From positions 1-42,433 of the forward strand of contig CAYUVM010000001.1 in assembly GCA_964447935.1 (NCBI GenBank): a stretch of 42,433 nt of DNA, in the 5' to 3' direction. Source of the DNA: an uncultured Cytophagia bacterium (lineage in GTDB: Bacteria; Zhuqueibacterota; Zhuqueibacteria; Zhuqueibacterales; Zhuqueibacteraceae). The notes below the pieces were generated by a model. The model saw nothing but the letters and a program-made list of their open reading frames with translations. It made no database searches and was not told the origin of the DNA. Made by a program: the position numbers and the translations under genes. Position 1 is the first letter of the stretch, and each line of letters begins with the position of its first letter. Of the stretch, positions 18,069-27,000 are shown piece by piece.

Positions 18069-21000
18069 CTATCTGACCAATAACATTTTCCTCGTCTTCA
18101 CAAATCCCTTTGTCTCGATCCGATAGAAATACACGCCCGTCGCCACAAAACGGCCAGCCGCGGTTTTGCCGTCCCACAGCGCGTTGTGGAAACCGGCTTG
18201 CTGTTTGGCATCAACCAATACGCGCACGCGGCGGCCGAGGATGTCGAAGATTTCCAGCTTCACGTCCGCGGGCACGGGCAGATCGTATTTGATGGTCGTC
18301 GTCCGGTTGCTGAAGCTTCCGTTCGCGGAAAATGGATTCGGATAACTCTGGTGCAACGCAAATGTTTTTGGCAGCGCCACGGCGTTGTCTGCCACGGCAG
18401 TGGCGTTTGGATCGAGCGTCACCGTCACCTCGGCAACAGTTTTGGACGGCTCGACATTGCCGGCGTTGTCCGTGGCAAGAACGAAGAAACGATACGTGTT
18501 CCCGAAATCGCCGGAGAACACGAGCGAGGTGTCGGTGAGGCCGTCTTGAAAAAGTTCGAACGCTTGCGCATTTTCCGCAACGTACACGGCGTATTGGCGA
18601 ACTTGCGAGCCGGCAGCGTCGTCCTGGCCTGACCAGCGCAACGTGAACGTCGTGCGGTTGAGCGCCGGCGGCAAAGCTTCCACGCGCGTTCTGGGCAGCG
18701 CCGCATCGATGGTATTGAAAATCTCCGGCGTGTCGAGCGGCTCGTTGGCGTCGAAAACAATGCGGGCTTTGGCGCGCACCACGTCACGAGTTTTGGCCGC
18801 GCTCTTCGGGCGGATAGTGTAATTCGCAAAACCCTCGCCGCGATGTTGCGCGTTGTTCACCGGCAGAAATCCGTTGAACACCGGCAATTGGCCGGTGGCG
18901 GGATCGATGGCGCGGAGAATCCAAAACGCTTCGTTGGTGGTGACGTCGATACCGGCGTTGACATCCACGAACACGCCGAGCGAGTCACGCAGGTCGAGGC
19001 GGGTACTGTAAAACGCGCGGTTCTCCGGCACGGTGAAAGAGCGATTGGAAAAACCAAAACTGCCGAGCCGGAAACTGCGGCTATCGAGCGTGCTGTCCAA
19101 TTTTTGCCGAATCGTCACCACCTGCGCCGCAGCCGTGGCCTTGGTGGAATCATTCTCGAAGCGGATGGTGTACGGCAACGTCTGCGTTGCGGTGATCCAA
19201 CGCTCGTCGCCGAAGCCGGTCGGGCCGGTGATGTCGTTGGGATCGACGGAACGGACGATGGGAGTTTCCCTTTGATCTGTGGGCGGCTCAGCGGTTGGGT
19301 TGCAGCGACTGATATCCTCCAGCGTCGGTTGCGCATAAATCGGTTGTGCCGACGTATTATAATTTGACCCGCAAGCGAAATGAGGAATATAATCCTGGCA
19401 AATATGCCCAAGAGGATCCCAGCGGTGATCGATGAAATTGTACGTTTGTTGTTTTAAACCAAAACGAAGATTTTGCTGATTGGCGAAACGTAGGCTCTCG
19501 CGGTTTTCCCCCGGAAGGAGCAGGCGCACGGTTTCAAACGAGGCCGCGGGATTGTTCGGGTCCGTGCGAACAAGCTTGACGGCATCCGAACAATCTTCCG
19601 TTTCACAATGTTCTCCGGATTCATCGGCGCTCAAAAGGGTCCATACAACACAGTTTTGATCCTTATAGTAACAATGTTTTTGCAAGTTTTCCAAGCCGGG
19701 CCCGGGCCAAATACGATTCAAAGATGAATAGCTGCTAATATCCACTTGTTCATCGATTCTTGTCAGCGTGCCTTGGGCTTCACGATTAAGAAAATTTCTA
19801 TTCAAGTGCTCATCTTTGTCAAGCACGCAGTCGAAGCATTCCGCTGCTTTTTTCGCAAATCGCCTGGCAATCGGTATGGCAATCCGGCGTGAAAATTTAT
19901 AGATCCGATGTACGTTAAGAACGAACGGCAGTATCGCTTGATCGTTCGAAGCCAAATTGTTGGTGCTTCCCTCTCTTGCTAAAACAAAGATCAAAACAGA
20001 ACCCGACGCGCCTGGGCGGAGATTGGGACTCGGGTAGCCCGACGCTTCCGCAACGGGAACGTAAATACCGGTGTTGCCGGTGGCAAGCCCGTCGAGCGAA
20101 AGAGAGATTGGATGGCCGTTGGCGCTCTCGATGAATAATTCCTGGTGGATGTCAACATTCCCCTCGTTGCTAAAATAGACTTGAACCTGCGAAATGCCTC
20201 CTTCTCGAAGCGCTTGCGAATGCTCGATGCCAACGCGCAGTCGCGGCTCGCTGCCCGCCACGACTTCAAATCCACGCGGCAAGGTCGCGCGCGCAGAATT
20301 TTCATTGATCACGACGACGTTATAAACGTCGCGCGCTGCGCCGGCGAGATTAAAAGCCGCATAAGCTTTGGTGGGATCGATGAAAACCGTGTGCGCCGAG
20401 ACGATCGTGTCTCCGGCGGCTTCCAGTTGAACTTGCATCAACGTGTCAAACTGCGCGCCGGTCAGGGCAACGGTTACAACCCCCGTGTTGCCGCCGATAT
20501 TGGTTTCCACCGAATGAATGGCGAAATTCAGTTTATTCGCCAGCAACGTAAACGGCATATTGGCCGTTGTGGCGGCGCGATTATTTAATAGCAAAAAATA
20601 ATTTCCGATCTTGCTCGACGGAATCACCACGCGTTGATCTTTTTGCTGCGGCGCGATTCCGGCAAAATCGAAATCATTCAACGTCGGCGTCCGCCCAAAG
20701 GCCACGTACAATTCATTCGCCGCCGCGAGTTCGCTGCTCTGCAAATCAAGTTGAATCGTCGCGCCGGCATCAACCGATTGCAACTTGTAATATCTCTTCT
20801 CCCCCGCCGCCAACGTTCCCGTTGCCGGCACGCCCAGCTTCAACTCGCGCACGTCCGTGCTCATCGTCGCGGTTGTGGCGAGCGCATTATTCAGATTGCT
20901 GCTCTCGCGAATGTTGTTGCGAATGTTCGTGCGCACGATGGCGTGATAATTTCCCGGCGCGAGGCCCGGCAGCTCCTCGGTGAGCTTGCCGTCGGCGTCG

Positions 21001-24000
21001 AGACGAAAAGCTTTGGCGAGATTGATTCGCGCTTGCTTTTGCACGGCAGCGCCCGGCAGCAGATCGATGTTGTACGTGAGCACGCCGAACACCGGGTCTT
21101 CCACTTGAAACGCCGTGTCCGCAGAAATGTAAACCACGTCGGTGAGGCGGCCAATCGCGCGGTTGCTGCTCACGTTCTTCAGCGTCCACGAGATCGTAAT
21201 GTCCTCGCCCGGCACCGCATTTGCCGGCATGGTAATGCCGCTCACGATCAAATCCGCGGGCTGCGGCTGAATAACGATGATGGGCCGCACGCCGGTGCTG
21301 TCGCTGAGGCGAACGTTGTTGTCTTCGGCGTTGTGCTCGTAAATGTCGTTGCGGCTGTCGGCTTTGGCGATCAGAAAATACGTGCCCGCGGCAAAGCTCG
21401 GCATCTCCACTTCCACGCTGTCGGTGTAGCCAGCTCGGGGCGCGAGCGTCCGGCTCTTTTGCTGAAATTTCAAAACCGGGTCGCCCGCCTCCAGCGTCGT
21501 GTTGTTGGAGAGATAAAACGCGTCAAACCACGCGCTGTTCACCAGGCCGCCAGCGCCGCGATTTTCCACGCTGTACGTCACCATCAACGGCTGACCAGCA
21601 TTCACCGTTCTGGGCAAGCTCAGTTTGGTGATCACCAGATCGGGCGAAGGCGCGAGCGTAATGCGCGTCAGCGTCGCCGCGATGATCACGTTGTTGCCGC
21701 GGCTGGAGTCACCGGCGGCGTTTTCGGCGTCGATCTCCACGATAAAAAAGAAATCGCCGGCCATGCCGTTGGGCAATCTGATCGGCGTGGCGCGCGAATA
21801 TTTTTCCGCGGGCCGCAGCGCGCCGTTGCGTGAAACAGTCGCCAGCAACAAATCCTTGTTGCGCTCGAAAATTTTGTCCGTAGAGAGATAAACGCGATCC
21901 AGCCAACTTGAAACCAGCGTCGCGCCCGGGCCGATATTTTCTACGGTCCATTGCGGCGTGACCTCGGCGCCGGACAGCGCGGCCGGCGGCGCCGTCAAAT
22001 CGCGCCCGGCCAAATTCACGGCTGGATACGCCGTGATCGTGATCGCGCGGCTGTGGCCGAAATTGTTGCTCTCGTCCGTGTGCTCGTAGATCGTATTGCC
22101 GGCGTCCGCGCGCACCGAAAGCGTGTACGTTCCGGCGAGCTGCACCGGCAACGTCACGGTGCGCGATTGCGCGTAATTCGCCGCCGGATCGAGATTGCGA
22201 TTGCGCTCGGCGCTGGCGAGTAAGATCGCTCTGCCGGGATCATAAGTCGCGCCCGGCGAAAGATAAAGATAATCCGTCCATGCCGCGCTGGTCGTGGTGC
22301 CGCGGCCTTTGTTCGTCACCGTCCAGGTCGCCGTCAAACGATCGCCGGCGTGCGCGATTTGCGGGGCTTGAATATCCGTCACCTGCAGATCCGGCCACGG
22401 CGAAAGATCGATGCGCATCGGCAAACGGCTCCGGCTGCGATTGTCGTTGTCGCGCAAATTTTCAAAGACGCGGTTGTCGGCGTCCGTTTCCACAAAAACA
22501 TAATATTCACCTGAAAAGCCGTTTGGAAGCGTGACCGTGCGGCGACCGATGTAGCTCGAATCCGGCCGCAATGCGCCGGAATAATTGAAACTGCCGAATG
22601 CCAGCGCAGAATCCGCCGCGAAATCCGGCCGTTTGGAAAGATAAATGCGGTCGGTCCACGCGTGATTGAAGACGGCGCCCGGACCGCGGTTCGTCACTTG
22701 CCAACGCACTTCGAGATTTTGGCCGGAGTTGCCGGCGGGAGGCGGCTCGACGGCGCTCACCACGAGGTTCGGAGTATTGATGAAGATCGCAGCCGGCGGA
22801 GAAACGTTGTTATTGTCGGATTGATATTCGAAGACATTGTTGCCGGCGTCGGTTTGCACGAACAGATAATGTTGCCCGCTGAAACCCGCGGGAATGCGAA
22901 TGGAACGGCGCGCGGTGTAACCGGAATCCTGTTTCACGGCGCCGGAGCGAAATGCGCCGCCCAGGGCGAGAGCGGAATCCGGCTTGAAAGCCGCGGAGCG
23001 CGAAAGATAAATGAAATCGCTCCAGCCGGTTTCGAACGTCGCGCTGCTGCCGGCATTTTTCACGGTCCATTGCACGGCCACGTCTTCGCCGAGACTCGCG
23101 ACCGGCGGGGTCACGGTCATTTGCGTGATCGTCAGATCCGCCGGCGGCGTGAGCGTGATGCGGCTCGAATCGCCGCGCGCGTTCCAGTTGTTCAATTCGA
23201 AATTGTATTCGTAAACTTCGCCTTCCTGTGATTGGAGGCCGCTGCCGCGCTGGTCGGTGTAAACGAAGAAAAAGTATTTGCCAAAAACCGCGTGCGGCAA
23301 TTTCACTTTTACCGTGGCGGTGTAGCTCGCGCCGGCCTCCAACACGCCGTTGTGCGGCGCCACGGCCATCACGGTTTCGTTTATTCGAATGTTGGCGCCG
23401 CCGGTAAATCCCAGATCCAGCGAGTCGTCTTTGGAAAGAAAAATCGTGTCCGACCATTTGTCGGTGGCGGTTCTGCCGCTGCCGTTGTTTTTCACGGTCC
23501 AGCGGATTTGCACCGAATCGCCGGAAAAGGCATTGTCCGGCGCCACCGTGCCGGCGATCTGCAGATCTGGATAGGGGCTGAGCGTGACTTGCATCGGCGC
23601 GGACAAGCCGCGATTGTTGTCTTCGCGCCGTTCGCGTTCTTGATTGTAGAGATCGGTGCGCACGAAAACATAATAATTTCCCGAGATACCACGCGGCAGC
23701 GCGTAGGTTGCGGTGTTGGCATACGCCTCGCCGGCGTTGAGCGCGCTGAAATTTTCCGCGCGGCCCAGCAGAAAATCATTCTGCAGATCAAACACTGGCG
23801 AATTGAGCAAATAAATTTCGTCGTACCATTGCGCGGCTTTGGTGCCGTCGTTGCCGATGTTTTTGATCGTCCAATCGACGCGAATGGATTGGCCGGAAGC
23901 GGCGTTCGGCGGCGCCAGCACGCGGGTGACTTCGAGATCGGGCTGGGTAAAGCCTTCGCCGCGCAGCGCCACGGCCAGCACGCGCGTGTCCGGATCGGTG

Positions 24001-27000
24001 CTGGAAATTTTTAGCGTGTCCGCATAAAGCGTGCTCGTTCTCGGCGTGAAGATCACCAACAGCGTGCGGCTTTGATTCGGGTTGAGCGCGAACGGCGTTT
24101 TGTTCACGGAGAAAACCGCAGCCGTGTTGTTGATGCCGGTAATATCCAATGTGCCGCTGCCGAGATTGGAAACGGTCAGCCGGAGCGTATCGGAGGTTCC
24201 GGCATAGTCCGCGCCGAAATCCAAACGATTGTTCGAGATCGCGATGTTGGGATCACCGGGGATGAAGCTCACAAACGCGTCGGCGCCGAGATCGACCGGC
24301 GATTGCGCGGCGCGATCTTCACCGTCGATGTCAGCGGCCACCGGCAGCGTCAAGATCGGCGTGCCTTTCGCATCGAGAAAAGCGTTGCGCGTGTGCAGAT
24401 CATCCGGCGTGTTGAAGCGAAACAGCGGATTGGTCTTGATGCTGTTGCGCTCGAAAGGCGCGGTGGCGGTGTCGGCTTTAAAGGCGGCGAGATCGGCGTA
24501 AGTTCTTCCCTGCCATTGGATGAGGGTTGGACCGGTTGTATAGAAATTATTATGATCGGCGCCAGCCGGCGATAAGGCCGGCGCGCGGTTAATCGACGCA
24601 GCATAGCCGCCGCCGGAATTGGCGAAAATATTATTTTTGATTTGAAGGTTATTGCCGCTGCCAATCAACAAAGCTGCCCCGAATGTTCCTCTTGCTGCCA
24701 CATGCGCGGAGTTATGATACAAGAGCATGAAAGAGGCATCAACCGTCAGGCCGTAACTGGTAAGGGCGTTGTTGGAATTTCCGACATTGATGAAATTATT
24801 GGCGATCAATCCTTCCTGCCCTTGAGCGGCGTTGCTAAAGGAAATAACGATGCCGGTACCGTGTTGTCGCAGCACGATCTTATTTTCAACCACGCGATGC
24901 GGACCGTTGCATTCCCGAATTGAAATGCCGTGTTGTCCTCCGTTAACAACGTCAACTTCATTGCGGCGCATGGTCACGCCCGCATCGCATTGCGTTAATG
25001 AAAACCCATAAAACGCGGCGCTGATAATTTTATTATCTTCCAGCATGACGCCGTCGTAATAGGCAAGAAAAACCGCGCCATAACCGGCATTCATAAAACG
25101 ATTGTTGGCGATCACGCTGCCGATCGCCTCATTCCCAAAGCCGGCGCGCAAGTAAATCTGCGATGAGCCGCCTAAGAACAGATTGTCTTTGATCAACAGA
25201 TTGGAAGTTTTCGTCTGGTCGTCGGAATAAAGCAAGGCATAGTTTTCAGAGTTAAGAATCGTCCGGCTTTTGATGAGGCAGTTGCGAATCTGGATACCAT
25301 CCAGCGCGCCGGCGAAAGAAAAACCGCGGCCATAACCGTTGTTGTTATTGGCCGGATCGCCGTTAAGAAAAAGCCTGTCAAAATGAATGTGGTCCGCGCC
25401 TAATAAGCGCACGATATAATTTTTATCAACCGTTGGCTCGAATTGAATTTTTACCGTATCGGCGGTGAGCGGCCGGAACGTAATCGTGTTTGCCGCGCTC
25501 GCGCCGTTGATCACCGGAATTTCAATTTGCTCGGCGTACGTGCCGCCTTTGATCGCGAAAATAACCGGCCCGGCAACGCCGGCCATTTTTAAAGCGTCGA
25601 TCGCGGTTCTGAGATTCGGATAATTGCCGTTGCTGCCGACAATGTAAGTTCCGGCCAGCGGCGCCAACGTAGAGCGATACGCATCGGCGCCAATATCCAC
25701 CGGTGTCAGCGCGCTGCGGTCTTCGCCGTCGATATCGGTGAGCACCGGCGCGCGCAGGCTCGCCGTGCCTCTGCCGTCGAGAAACAGCGCTCGAGTGTGC
25801 AGATCGCCCGCCGGTGCGAACGCAAACCCCGGATCGGCTTCGAGTGAATTGCGTTCAAAGCTGGCAGTGGCGGGATCCGCCTTAAACAACGCCAGGTCGG
25901 CATAATCTTTAGCATTAATCCAACGCAGCAGCGCGCTGCCGGTCGTGTGAAAGACATTGAAATCACTTTCATGCAGTGCAAGCTGTCCGGAGAACTGCGC
26001 CGCATAGCCGGTCGCCGCATGCATCAAAACATTGTTTTTCACCTGCACGCTATCCCGGCTCGCGCCGACAATGGTAAGCGCGGCGCTCGACGACCCGGCC
26101 GATCGCGAGTAAACCGAATTGTGATAGAGCAAAGTTTTGGGCGAATTAAATAGCTGAATCGCGTAGCTGAAAACCGTGTTGGTATTCGCCACCGTGATAA
26201 AGTTGTTGAAAACGCGGGCGTTCGCGTGATAAGCGAGATAAATGCCGCTATGCTGCGCCTCGACAAAACGATTGGAGAAAATTTCGCCGCCGCTGGACAT
26301 ATCGTTTACATTGCCGAACAGATAAACCTGCCACGAACCGTATAAGAAAACATTTTTTTCGATCCGCAGATTGGTGACTCGCGCCGCTGGCGGGACATTG
26401 ATCAAAGCATGGCGGGTATCACTGAGGATGCCACGAAAGCCCTGCAGCGTGCAGTCGCGAATCTGCGCGCCGTCAACGGCGCCGATCATCGCGAAAACGT
26501 TGCCGTAAGTATTGAAAACGTTCGCGTTTCGTTTTGGATTGCTGTCGAGATAAATTCCGTCAAAGACGATGTGATCGGCGCCCGCTAAATTCACGACATA
26601 ATTTTTTAATATCACCGGCTCGAACTGCAACTTGACCGTGTCCGCCGTGGCTGCTTTGAACGTGATCGTGTTCATCGCGCTCGCGCCGCCAATTGCCGGA
26701 ATCTCGATTTGCTCTGTATAAACGCCGCCCTTGATCGCAAAAGTGACCGGCGCCGAAACGCCGCGCATTTTCAGCGTTGCGATTGCCGCCGTGAAATTGA
26801 GATAATTACTGCCGGCGCCGATCGTGTAAGTTCCCGCCAACGGCGCCTGCGTGACAATAAAAGCATCCGCGCCGATGTCCACCGGCGTGAGTTCGCTGCG
26901 ATTCTCGCCATCGATGTCGGTGAGCACCGCCGCGCGCAGAATCGGCGTCCCTTTGCCGTCGAGAAACGACAATCGAGTGTGCAGGTCGCCTGGCGTCGCC

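Noticed and set aside
12948-24575. Many plus-strand ORFs of 130-446 aa (e.g. 12948-14063, 14853-16193, 20634-21833, 23232-24014) inside the two giant genes
   Set aside because: All are antisense to coherent CARDB or beta-helix repeat coding sequence. Their products are dominated by R, G, A and H runs that mirror the sense repeats. None has a plausible ribosome-binding site.
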